64,000 nucleotides of DNA from positions 3,146 to 67,145 of the forward strand of contig CAYQVO010000014.1 of assembly GCA_964421085.1 (NCBI GenBank). Direction: 5' to 3'. The notes beneath the pieces were generated by a model, which was not told the origin of the DNA, searched no databases, and saw nothing but the letters and a program-made list of their open reading frames with translations. The position numbers and the translations under genes are program-made. Of this stretch, positions 46,081 to 54,664 are shown one piece after another. How positions within the stretch are numbered: position 1 is the stretch's first letter; each line of letters starts with the position of its first letter. This DNA is from an uncultured Bdellovibrionales bacterium. Its GTDB lineage: Bacteria; Bdellovibrionota_C; UBA2361; CAYQVO01.

Positions 46081-47487
46081 TCATCCGGCCGGTCCTCGTG
46101 AAATGTCCTGCGGATCCCCCCAGATCCTGTATTTCAGTTTTCGAAGAGAACTTCCTGCTTTAAGACTGAGCGCGCGAAGAAGAAGGCCCTTAAGTCCGGG
46201 GCGGAAAATATAAAGGTTGTTGTGCGCCCGCACCCTGGGTGTCCAGACGCACTTGTATTTTGCAAGCGGGCCGAGAAAATCGTACTTCGTAGCTTCGCAA
46301 CTGCATAAATCGGCTATGATATGACGGACCAGCAGGTGTCCCGGCGAGCAGGTGCGGAATTCCTCATTATATGCGGCCTTTGGGGAGTAATAGCGTCTGC
46401 TCATCAGCAATCCGAATTCCATGGCCACCACTTCGTCCCCGCAGAAAAGAGAATACATCCGGAACGCGCCCCGCACTGTTGCGGCTCTGGCCACCTGATC
46501 ATAGAATTCTTTCTGCTGACTGTTCTGTGCTATTGCGCTTCCCGCACGCCCTTTCCATCCCGATTGCTCGAGCGAATAGAATCTGTGAAGCACGTCATCG
46601 CCTGCGGTGGTGGTGACCTTGAACGCGACAGGACCCAGCTTTTCGAGTTTTTTCTGATACTGTTTCAGTCGTGATCGCACCCCTTTTGTCTTCTCAGGAC
46701 AGTGAAGGTATGGATTCCGGCTTTCAGGAGACAGTGGAAGAAAGGGGCTTCTGCGTGTCGGCCAGATGCCTGTATAAAAGCCTTCATTTTCTGCGCATGC
46801 AAGAATATTTTCGAAGGCTCCCCCCTCGGGCACGTCAAGAGCCTCGATCACTTCCCACTCGTCGTCTGACTTGAGCTGTTCCCATATTTTTCTGGAAGCC
46901 TCATACGAGTCGTCTGCCCCGTGAATCAGATCGAATCTGCAGGAGTGTATTCCCGAAAGACTTCTCAGCGTACGGGCTGGAATTCCCTTGAGGAAGGCGG
47001 GCGTTCGTATCATCGGCAGCACGCCTCTCAATTCGCAGTTCCGCCATGCGGAGAAAATGAGGAACCGGGAACGCGGCTCAAAGAACCGGGCAAAGGCATC
47101 GAACCATTCCGGCTGGAAAAAAGGCTCGCTGCACGCATCTTCCATGGCGAGACTGTGCCATTCTCTTGAAAGCCGCGCTATGCTCCCGCGGTCCGCGGTT
47201 TCGGCCCGTGACCGGAGAGAACAAGTTTCCTCCGGATCCGGTGCGTACTCCGCCCCTTTGATTTCCTGGGATGCCCTCATGCCGGCGAATCTATTCACAC
47301 TTAAGAAAGGCGGCATCCTAATCGACTTATTTCGGGAGGACACATGATCACCATCACTAATGCAGCCGTCAACTGGTCCTGCATTCGCGCCGCCGCCACA
47401 AAAAGTATCCCCCTTGACACGAACCCTTTCTCCTCTCAATCTTTCCAGTGTGGATGCATTTTCTTTGTCGCTTTCGGGCTCCGTCAC
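46081..47487 (-). CDS. FemAB-related GNAT-fold protein (paralogue 3)
   Basis: 468-aa ORF with EWHSL...FFQPEWF, similar in layout to 44875..46011. The first ~60-70 codons overlap the divergent integrase ORF, so the real start is probably internal (ATG at 47316 or 47280). Confidence 0.55.
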   Translation of the reverse strand: MTEPESDKENASTLERLRGERVRVKGDTFCGGGANAGPVDGCISDGDHVSSRNKSIRMPPFLSVNRFAGMRASQEIKGAEYAPDPEETCSLRSRAETADRGSIARLSREWHSLAMEDACSEPFFQPEWFDAFARFFEPRSRFLIFSAWRNCELRGVLPMIRTPAFLKGIPARTLRSLSGIHSCRFDLIHGADDSYEASRKIWEQLKSDDEWEVIEALDVPEGGAFENILACAENEGFYTGIWPTRRSPFLPLSPESRNPYLHCPEKTKGVRSRLKQYQKKLEKLGPVAFKVTTTAGDDVLHRFYSLEQSGWKGRAGSAIAQNSQQKEFYDQVARAATVRGAFRMYSLFCGDEVVAMEFGLLMSRRYYSPKAAYNEEFRTCSPGHLLVRHIIADLCSCEATKYDFLGPLAKYKCVWTPRVRAHNNLYIFRPGLKGLLLRALSLKAGSSLRKLKYRIWGDPQDISRGPAG

Positions 47488-48463
47488 CTCCAGGGACCTC
47501 GATCGGGTGCCTTTTGGTTCCGTTGTGCAGTATTACGTGCAGTACTACGCCTCCGGTTCGAGCCACACGGCCAAAGCAAAGAAACTTGATCTGCAGCACT
47601 TTGTAAACTTTCTTCAGTCGCTTAAAGGTTACGGCAAACCGGAAAAGATCAGGCTCTCGGACTGGGACCACACATCAGTCCACCGCTTCGTAGAAGACTG
47701 TTTGAACCACGGCGAAGCGCCGGCGACAGTCTCTCGACGGCTGGCAACTCTCAAGCACATGGGACGGACACTCGCAGAAAGGATTTCCGGATTCGTCAAT
47801 CCGGCGCGCGAAGTGAAATCGCCGAAGCTTCGCGCTCCTGTGCCAAAGGCGCTTTCACCGGTGGAGATCAAGTCCATAAAGGAAAAGGCGAACCTCAGGC
47901 GCAAAGAAAAGGACTCGTTCATCCGCCTGAGAAATCAGATTCTCTTTGAGTTCATGCTGGACACGGGATTGAGGGCTGATGAGGTTCGTCTTCTCAAACT
48001 GTCGCATGTCGATTCGGAACTCGAGTGGATCCAAAGTGTACGGACGAAGGGAAAGCAGTACAGGAACGTATACATAACTTCCGTCATGCGTCCGCGCCTG
48101 AAGAAATACCTCGAAGTCCGGGAGGAACAGCTCAAGAAGTTTTATGCAAAGCTCACCCTCTCGCAGAGCAGGAGTCTCGCGCTTTTTATAAGCACCTATA
48201 ATGCGACCCCGGCTGATCCTGGAAGCTTCTTCATGGGCGCAAAGACAATTTGGCGCGCAGTAAACGAACTGTCACGGGAGGTGCAGCTTCATCCGCACCT
48301 GCTCCGGCACTCATACGCGATTGATCTGCTGAAGAACACACGGGACGTGAGGCTCGTCGCGCAGGCTCTCGGCCACAGCGACGTCCGGATTACCATGCGC
48401 TATACTGAGCGGGCCGAAGAAGATATCGCGCAGGCGCTCGAGAAGGCGAGAAAGAGCGGTTGA
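47360..48463 (+). CDS. Tyrosine recombinase / phage-integrase-family protein
   Basis: 367-aa ORF with catalytic-domain motifs TGLRADE, HPHLLRHSYAIDLL and LGHSDVRITMRYT. The N-terminal ~45 aa are low-complexity, so the start may be later. Confidence 0.8.
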   Translation: MQPSTGPAFAPPPQKVSPLTRTLSPLNLSSVDAFSLSLSGSVTSRDLDRVPFGSVVQYYVQYYASGSSHTAKAKKLDLQHFVNFLQSLKGYGKPEKIRLSDWDHTSVHRFVEDCLNHGEAPATVSRRLATLKHMGRTLAERISGFVNPAREVKSPKLRAPVPKALSPVEIKSIKEKANLRRKEKDSFIRLRNQILFEFMLDTGLRADEVRLLKLSHVDSELEWIQSVRTKGKQYRNVYITSVMRPRLKKYLEVREEQLKKFYAKLTLSQSRSLALFISTYNATPADPGSFFMGAKTIWRAVNELSREVQLHPHLLRHSYAIDLLKNTRDVRLVAQALGHSDVRITMRYTERAEEDIAQALEKARKSG

Positions 48464-48479
48464 ATCGATAAACGAAGGG

Positions 48480-49103
48480 TCATCCAACAGGCACAGGCAC
48501 AACCGCGGGTGCATACTGCATAAGATGAAAATCAGGAGTCGGAGACGGAGGAGCCGACCAGATCAAAAATTCCTGATCCGGAGTGTTGACTATCGCCGTT
48601 ATGAACATTCGCGAAGCAGGGCTGAAGCCGATGTCGACCTTGAGCTCGCTTCTTGGGATACTCATTCCCCAGAAAGCCCGTTTGTCTCCGCATTTTGAGA
48701 ATGTTTTTACTCCATTCATCCCGCAGTTCACGCCAGTTCTCTCCCTGTACGCCGAAAAGTGGGCGCTCCACCAGCGGCCGTCCGGAGAAAGATTGAATTC
48801 CTGGTAGGAACCGGCTGTGTCGGATTTGATAAAGAACTCGGCAACGTCATCCTCCCACAACCCTTCGAAGAATTCGTTTTTGTGAGGCGCCGGGGGGTTT
48901 TTCAGAGCGAGGCCCGGGCCGACCGGCATCGATGCATGATAGTGAATGCGCTCCGGATCAACTGCGAAAACAAAATGAACATCCCAGTCCGTTATCTTTC
49001 CTTCCCAGTCTCCTGCAAGAACCAGAGGGTTGAGCGATGCGACCTGACCGGCGCTGAGTGGTACGGGCGAGATGTATACGGGCAGATCCATATTCAGCTC
49101 CAT
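48480..49103 (-). CDS. Hypothetical protein (possibly a CBM9/DOMON-like beta-sandwich)
   Basis: 207-aa ORF. The segment DDVAEFFIKSD...YQEFNLSPDG resembles the CBM9-like pattern. It overlaps the galK-like stop by 10 nt. Confidence 0.4.
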   Translation of the reverse strand: MELNMDLPVYISPVPLSAGQVASLNPLVLAGDWEGKITDWDVHFVFAVDPERIHYHASMPVGPGLALKNPPAPHKNEFFEGLWEDDVAEFFIKSDTAGSYQEFNLSPDGRWWSAHFSAYRERTGVNCGMNGVKTFSKCGDKRAFWGMSIPRSELKVDIGFSPASRMFITAIVNTPDQEFLIWSAPPSPTPDFHLMQYAPAVVPVPVG

Positions 49104-50392
49104 ACGAGTTGTGTCACGTTAACCGCTCCATAGGGCCTGATGCTCAGCACCATTGCCGCGTCTTTTCCGAAATACGGCTCGATGAACTTCGTATAGTCCG
49201 CCACGAGGTCCTCCCTGATGGCGACAAGGATGACACCTGCAAATCCCCCGCCGTGCACACGGCAGCCGCCGGGCGAATTGCGGGACTTGAGGAAGCACTC
49301 TGTAAGTACCAGCGAAATCGGAATGTCCTGGCTTTCAGGAATCCCGCTGTCGCTGCAGTTCTGCAGCACTCTCCATGAGGAGCTTCCTGAATCTGTAATC
49401 AGGCGGACAAACGCCGGAAAATCGCCCGAACGGAGCGCAGCTACCTGTTCATCCACCCGGGCGTTCTCATTGAAGAAGTGCATTGCTCTGAGCACCGCGC
49501 GGTCGCCGCACGACTTCCGGAGCGATGGAATCTTCGCGAGAAAATCTTCGAATTTCACGTTGCATAGCTTTTTTGCTCCGAGCTCTTCGGCAACAGCCCA
49601 CATTTCTCTCGGTATCGAAGCGTACTTCGGCGTAAGATTTCCGTGATCTCCGCCGGTGTGCACTACGAGGAATTTATACCCTTCCTTTGAAAAGTCGTAC
49701 TGTATGGGAGTGACCGCCGGATTTTCAGGGTCCTTGAAATCAATGGTGATCAGACCTCCCGTTCCGCATCCCATCTGATCAAGGAGACCCGATGGCTTGT
49801 CCCAGTAATTGTTCTCGGAGTACTGTCCTATCTTTGCAAGCTCAGGTATTGAGACGCTGCCATTGTTGTAATAATGGTTGAGGATTTGAAGAAGCAGCAT
49901 TTCAACCGCCGCCGAAGAACTGATGCCCGAGCCATTTGCGACATTGCTGGAGATGCATGCGTTGAAGCCGCCGATGTTGAATCCCCGCTTTTTCATTCCC
50001 GCTGCAAGACCGCGGAAGAGCGCCGTGCTTCCGTTCTCCAATCTCTTTCCAAGGTCGTCAAGGTCGATTGAAAAAATATCGGAATACCCGTCCGACAGAA
50101 CCGTAATTTTGCCGCTGTTATCCGGTGCCGCAGCCGCGATTGTGTCGAGGCTTATGCTCGAAGTGAGAACTTTTCCCCCGTTGTGATCGGTATGATTTCC
50201 CGTAATTTCAATCCGCCCCGGACTGCTGAAAAACTCTACAGCATCGTCTCCAAACGCCTTCCCGAATTTTTCGAGCACAGATTTATAACGCGCGGCATTC
50301 GGCGCGACAGCATCCGCTCCGCCGTAAAGCGCGGTGAAAACTCTTTCAAGCCTTTTGGCATCGCCAAAAATATCCTGTTTCTGTGTCGCCAT
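49094..50392 (-). CDS. galK: Galactokinase-family GHMP sugar kinase
   Basis: 432-aa ORF with the galactokinase signature-like PGRIEITGNHTDHNGGKVL and the GHMP ATP motif NGSGISSSAA. Confidence 0.75.
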   Translation of the reverse strand: MATQKQDIFGDAKRLERVFTALYGGADAVAPNAARYKSVLEKFGKAFGDDAVEFFSSPGRIEITGNHTDHNGGKVLTSSISLDTIAAAAPDNSGKITVLSDGYSDIFSIDLDDLGKRLENGSTALFRGLAAGMKKRGFNIGGFNACISSNVANGSGISSSAAVEMLLLQILNHYYNNGSVSIPELAKIGQYSENNYWDKPSGLLDQMGCGTGGLITIDFKDPENPAVTPIQYDFSKEGYKFLVVHTGGDHGNLTPKYASIPREMWAVAEELGAKKLCNVKFEDFLAKIPSLRKSCGDRAVLRAMHFFNENARVDEQVAALRSGDFPAFVRLITDSGSSSWRVLQNCSDSGIPESQDIPISLVLTECFLKSRNSPGGCRVHGGGFAGVILVAIREDLVADYTKFIEPYFGKDAAMVLSIRPYGAVNVTQLVWS

Positions 50393-50417
50393 ATGTCTTT
50401 CCCGATAGAAAAAACTT

Positions 50418-50927
50418 TCAGCGGGCAGAAGGAAGCGGAGATTTTATGTCGAGCAAGGCTCCGTTCCGAATTCCCCATTTATGTGACGAGCCCCCGGGAA
50501 CCTCAACAACGTAAAGCGCCGCCCTGCCGACTCCTTTTGCTTCCTCACTTAGAACTGGACGGTTTTCGAGAATGCCGACGACTTTCATATCTCTGCCCAC
50601 ATGAATCATATCGAGGGAAATGTATGTGTTCTTCATCCAGAAGGTGTGCTCCTTTTCAGCAGGAAAGATGAAGATCATTCCGCCATTTTCAGGAAGCTCC
50701 CTTCTGTACATAAGACCCTGAGATCGCCTGGCCGGTGTGCCGGCAGGCTCAAGATAAAGGACAGGGCTTGTTTTTCCGTCCGGCATCACAAACTGCGCCT
50801 CTACAAGTGACGACAGCCTCCACCACCTCATGAACCACCACGTCCCCACCGCGATTGCCGCGATGAAGACCACAAGAACAGCTGCCTGTTTGATGAGAAG
50901 TTTTCGCCGTCTTTCGTTTGTACCCAT
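50418..50927 (-). CDS. DUF192 (COG1430) protein with an N-terminal membrane anchor
   Basis: 169-aa ORF with MIFIFPAEKEHTFWMKNTYISLDMIHV, characteristic of DUF192. The RBS GGGAGAGG precedes the start. Confidence 0.65.
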   Translation of the reverse strand: MGTNERRRKLLIKQAAVLVVFIAAIAVGTWWFMRWWRLSSLVEAQFVMPDGKTSPVLYLEPAGTPARRSQGLMYRRELPENGGMIFIFPAEKEHTFWMKNTYISLDMIHVGRDMKVVGILENRPVLSEEAKGVGRAALYVVEVPGGSSHKWGIRNGALLDIKSPLPSAR

Positions 50928-51017
50928 ACCTCTCCCGCATGGTTGCCGCTTTCAAAATACACTGGATACCCCTTCAGTTCCATAAACGCAAGTACTTGAA
51001 ATTTCTGTGTGAGAAAT

Positions 51018-51077
51018 AGGACACCCACTTTTCGGGACCCCCTGCCCCGGTCTCCCGAAAAGTGAGTGTCCTTTTTT
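51018..51077 (+). terminator. Strong intrinsic-terminator-like hairpin with no upstream plus-strand gene
   Basis: AGGACACCCACTTTTCGGGA (51018-51037) pairs with TCCCGAAAAGTGAGTGTCCT (51053-51072) with one mismatch. A T6 run follows. Confidence 0.5.
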
Positions 51078-51305
51078 CTGCTGTCGGTATCTGGTGTTTT
51101 GAGCACGTTTGGAAAAGATCCATCTCGTAATCCACTGTTCCCTGTTTTAGAAAAAAGGGGCTTCACCCCGCAACTTTCGAAGTCTTTTCACGAATACGGA
51201 TTGAGGGCCAGACTTCACCCGCCCTGAACAAGTCGAAGGGCCAGGCTGAAGGGATTGGCCGAAAGGATCGGCCCGGGGGAAAGCAGAAGAACAGGGGGGA
51301 AATTC

Positions 51306-53744
51306 ATGCGCAGGCCACAACTCGAGAGCGGTTTCGCTCTTCTTGAACACGCATTCGCGTTCATTTCTATTCTTCTCGTAGTATCCGCAGCAGTCGACAT
51401 CACGAAATTCCTTCAGGCGTACCAGGCGCTGCAGGCAGGGGTGCAGAGTTCACTCCGCAAGTGCTACGTGACTGACGGCGGTTGTCTCACGCCGAAAGAA
51501 ATGGAGTCTATTTCTCTTTTCAAAGTGTGGCAGAAACCGATCCAGGGATTCGAGCAGGACTATTCAGCCGACGGCTGGTACCTGAAACTGCCCGATGTGC
51601 AGTATAGAAACCCGTCAGCGCGAATTCTCGACACCGTCGAAAGTACATATGCCCGTGTGAAGGGCTCTCTTTTCCTCAACACATATCCGGTCTCCGGACA
51701 GATATACTACGGCCTTCAGATCAGCGAACTGCCCGGCCTGACTTCCTTCGACTTCCGGCAGTCCCCACACTTTACCGGAAGCCCTTTGAAACAGCTGAAT
51801 ATCGGCGCATGCACGATCCGAAACGGTTCCGGCGGAAGAGTGGAGAGTGTAACTGATATCTCAGGATCGACAAGCAGTACAACAGCAACGCGCATCGGAA
51901 GCATAAGCTGCAGGATAGAAGCTCCAGTCAAGTCGGATGCGGCGCTCTATAAGAGATGCGTCAAGGCATACGGAAATCATGCGGCCTGTGATGAGACGTG
52001 GAAATCAGGGACACGCATCGCATTAGCCATCGAAGGCGAAGGACACGGAAGAGATGCGCCGTCCGGCAAAGTCTCAATGACCATTTCGCAGAACGGGAAT
52101 ACCTCCATGAAAGGCGACAGTCAGCAGGAAGACTGTGCTGGGTCAGTCTGCGACTATGGAGGCCGCATTTTTACAGGCTGGGGTGCTTTCAACTTCGTTC
52201 CGCGGGGAATCCCCCTGTCCAGCCTTGGAGAATCGCTCAGGGGCGGCGGCAGCTATAGCGAATTCAAAAAACACGACTATATATGGGTCAGATACGGCGA
52301 GGACTTCAAGATATCGTTGAAGCTCAACAGGCTCGAAGGTGGGGAAAATGGAACCGTCGCCTGGAACGCATCTGCGGTAAAAATCTACTACATCGACTAC
52401 GACGCAAAAAACGAAACAGCGGCATGTTCGTCCGGCATGAGAAGGTCAGACATTAAAGAAGGCGCGTTATGCACACCGGCACTCCCGGGACGGGAGTATC
52501 TCAAGCCCCTTACTGCGGCTTCGCTTAAGGGCGACTTTTCCCGTCCGCAGAAGACTTTGAAAAGTGAAGCCTGCATCGATCCTGTCGCAGGCACTTCCGA
52601 TCCAAAAGCAAATCTCTGCACGAAAATCGGTGACTCGGAAAAGTGCGTCCTGGATTACGAGTATATATCCGCGAGCAATCAGGAGCTTTGCGGAACTTAC
52701 AGGCGAATCTCCCCGTGTCCGGAGAATTATGGAATCGCCGCAAAAGGACTGGAAGAAAAGGATCCCTCAACAGGAAGGTATTTTGTAAGAGACCTCCCCG
52801 AAGCTGCCGCTGTTTGCCCCCTGGATAAGTCTTCACTCCGTCCTGACGCCTGGTCTTTATCAACTCTCTGGTATGAGAAAGACATCGCCCTGCCGCCCAT
52901 TGCTCAGACCTTTACAGCACTGGACTGCACCATGATTCAAGGTCCTTTTCCTGGCCCCCTGCCCTCTCCACATGACAAATACAGAAACTTCTACGCAGGC
53001 TCTCCCACGGTGACCGGTTATACGAAGAGGGGTCTGGGCGCCGATGCCGATCCGAGAAAGGAAAAACTCAACGACAGCAGATATGCCTGCGGCGAAGTCA
53101 CTGCGGGATCTGACCCGTACCGTGCCCTGAGTCTTCCCGACTACGGCTGCGACTGGGCCGTTGCCGACAAAGCGATCATAAAGAATGCCATGAACATTCC
53201 TCCAGGTTATTTTTTTGAGGCGGGCGAAAAGCGCACAAGCGAAGCACAGACAGGAGAAATCTGGTATTCAAGCCCCGCAGCCCTGGATTCCTGCACTGAA
53301 TACGTAATCAGGGATGAAGCCGACCTTAGCGATAAAAGGTCATACCTTGGCCTCTACACTGAAGGATCGACTCCGTCTTCATGCACACCGGTTGATCCAA
53401 AGGACCCCGCTAAAAAGGAATCTCCAGCTGATATGTGGTGCCTCTTCCGCAGCGAAGGAAGCGTGAACACCGGCGGAGGCGGGTTCGAAACAGGCGACAT
53501 CAGCACAGCATCCGGCACAGGAATCAACGCCATCCGGACGCTTTTTCCGGCTGCCCGGTTTGACTGCCCCGAGAGAACTCCCTACTGTGTAAAATTCAGA
53601 CCGCCGACGCCGCATCTTGTAAATGGCATGCAGGTCTTTCAGGCATCCGCGTCCATACGAGTCCCGATGAATCTTCTTTTTGGAAGCGATATTCCGATTC
53701 ACATCGCGGACAGCCGTACATGGGAAGGCGAGTTTGCAAGGTAA
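51306..53744 (+). CDS. Large Cys-rich secreted protein with an N-terminal TadE/TadG-like pseudopilin segment
   Basis: The ORF track starts at 51255. The ATG at 51306 follows GGGGGGA and gives MRRPQLESGFALLEHAFAFISILLVVSAAVDITKF, a TadE-like N-terminus. The remaining ~780 aa have many Cys and no motif I can name. Confidence 0.6.
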   Translation: MRRPQLESGFALLEHAFAFISILLVVSAAVDITKFLQAYQALQAGVQSSLRKCYVTDGGCLTPKEMESISLFKVWQKPIQGFEQDYSADGWYLKLPDVQYRNPSARILDTVESTYARVKGSLFLNTYPVSGQIYYGLQISELPGLTSFDFRQSPHFTGSPLKQLNIGACTIRNGSGGRVESVTDISGSTSSTTATRIGSISCRIEAPVKSDAALYKRCVKAYGNHAACDETWKSGTRIALAIEGEGHGRDAPSGKVSMTISQNGNTSMKGDSQQEDCAGSVCDYGGRIFTGWGAFNFVPRGIPLSSLGESLRGGGSYSEFKKHDYIWVRYGEDFKISLKLNRLEGGENGTVAWNASAVKIYYIDYDAKNETAACSSGMRRSDIKEGALCTPALPGREYLKPLTAASLKGDFSRPQKTLKSEACIDPVAGTSDPKANLCTKIGDSEKCVLDYEYISASNQELCGTYRRISPCPENYGIAAKGLEEKDPSTGRYFVRDLPEAAAVCPLDKSSLRPDAWSLSTLWYEKDIALPPIAQTFTALDCTMIQGPFPGPLPSPHDKYRNFYAGSPTVTGYTKRGLGADADPRKEKLNDSRYACGEVTAGSDPYRALSLPDYGCDWAVADKAIIKNAMNIPPGYFFEAGEKRTSEAQTGEIWYSSPAALDSCTEYVIRDEADLSDKRSYLGLYTEGSTPSSCTPVDPKDPAKKESPADMWCLFRSEGSVNTGGGGFETGDISTASGTGINAIRTLFPAARFDCPERTPYCVKFRPPTPHLVNGMQVFQASASIRVPMNLLFGSDIPIHIADSRTWEGEFAR

Positions 53745-54128
53745 GAATTTACTGCACACGCCCGGTGGGACGACTTGGAAGAGTCAAACCTTTCAACTCC
53801 TGCCCGCTTTCCGGATCCTTCTTCTCCCGCAGTCGCTCATCGACCGGCGAGTTCGACCCTTGTGGATTTTTTTCCGAAGGCAGGTGACAAAATGCTCTAA
53901 CCAGGCTCAACATCGCTCCCAAGTTATCAATTCTCGGCATGATACCCCCCTCTTGTTCTTACTGGGCTCTGAGATTGTGCCGTGATGCTGACCAAAAAAG
54001 AAAGACATCTTCATTACGCATAAAAACGTACTCTTCAGACGGGGCAGGCATATTGTCGAAATAACGAACGATTCATTCTCCAGAGGAGAAAAAAACTCGT
54101 AGAATGGGGATTCTACGGCTGGAGGCAT

Positions 54129-54654
54129 ATGAAGATTATTGTATCCGCACTCTCAGTCATAATCTTCGGTAGTGCTGCCGGAGTGCAGCAGAAACCGTCA
54201 ATAACAAAAACCATCGTTGTTCTTCATCCGGCAGGCGGGTCGTCGGTAAACGGCACTTCCGCAATCACACAGGATGCAAAAGGCGTCTCGATCGCTCTCG
54301 ACATCGGGGGTCTTGACCCTGGCAGCGTCCACAGAACGCACTTTCATGAGTGGGGGAAACTGCTCGTCTCCCGACGAGGAATCCCCGGGCAGCCACTTCA
54401 ATCCGGCAGGAATGAAGCACGGCGGCCCCGATTCAAAAGAGCGGCAGGTGGGGGATCTCGGAAATATTACAGCCGATGAACAGGGCAAAGTCGTGACGAC
54501 AATTCGTGACAGCCAGGGTTCCCTTCGCGGTCCACATGGGGTAATTGGCCGTTCTCTTGTTATTCATAAGATGGCGGATGATCTGAAATCGCAGCCCACG
54601 GGCAATGAAGGAGAGCGAATCGCGTGCGGCGTTGCAGGGATCGGAAAGCCGTAA
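54129..54654 (+). pseudogene. sodC: Cu/Zn superoxide dismutase interrupted by a 1-nt frameshift in a G5 run
   Basis: ORF 54129..54479 carries the signal peptide and the HRTHFHEWG copper-ligand region. ORF 54274..54654, in the +1 frame, continues [24 protein letters not shown]...VGDLGN...VIHKMADD...[12 protein letters not shown]. The frames meet at GGGGG 54352-54356, and removing one G restores a 174-aa SodC. Confidence 0.85.
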
Positions 54655-54664
54655 GGCAGTCTTC

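Noticed and set aside
47280-47487. Apparent 128-nt head-to-head overlap of the GNAT ORF and the integrase ORF
   Set aside because: It most likely results from upstream ORF extension on both strands. Internal starts (47316/47280 for the GNAT gene, a later GTG for the integrase) remove the overlap.
50939-51019. 26-codon ORF ending at the base of the orphan terminator
   Set aside because: It has no Shine-Dalgarno sequence. Its ATG lies within the RBS region of the divergent DUF192 gene. It is probably fortuitous.
50928-51305. c-di-GMP (GEMM) riboswitch upstream of the TadE-like gene
   Set aside because: The ~90 nt before the terminator hairpin do not show the conserved GEMM-I sequence blocks as far as I can judge by eye. 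An Infernal scan is needed to exclude it formally.
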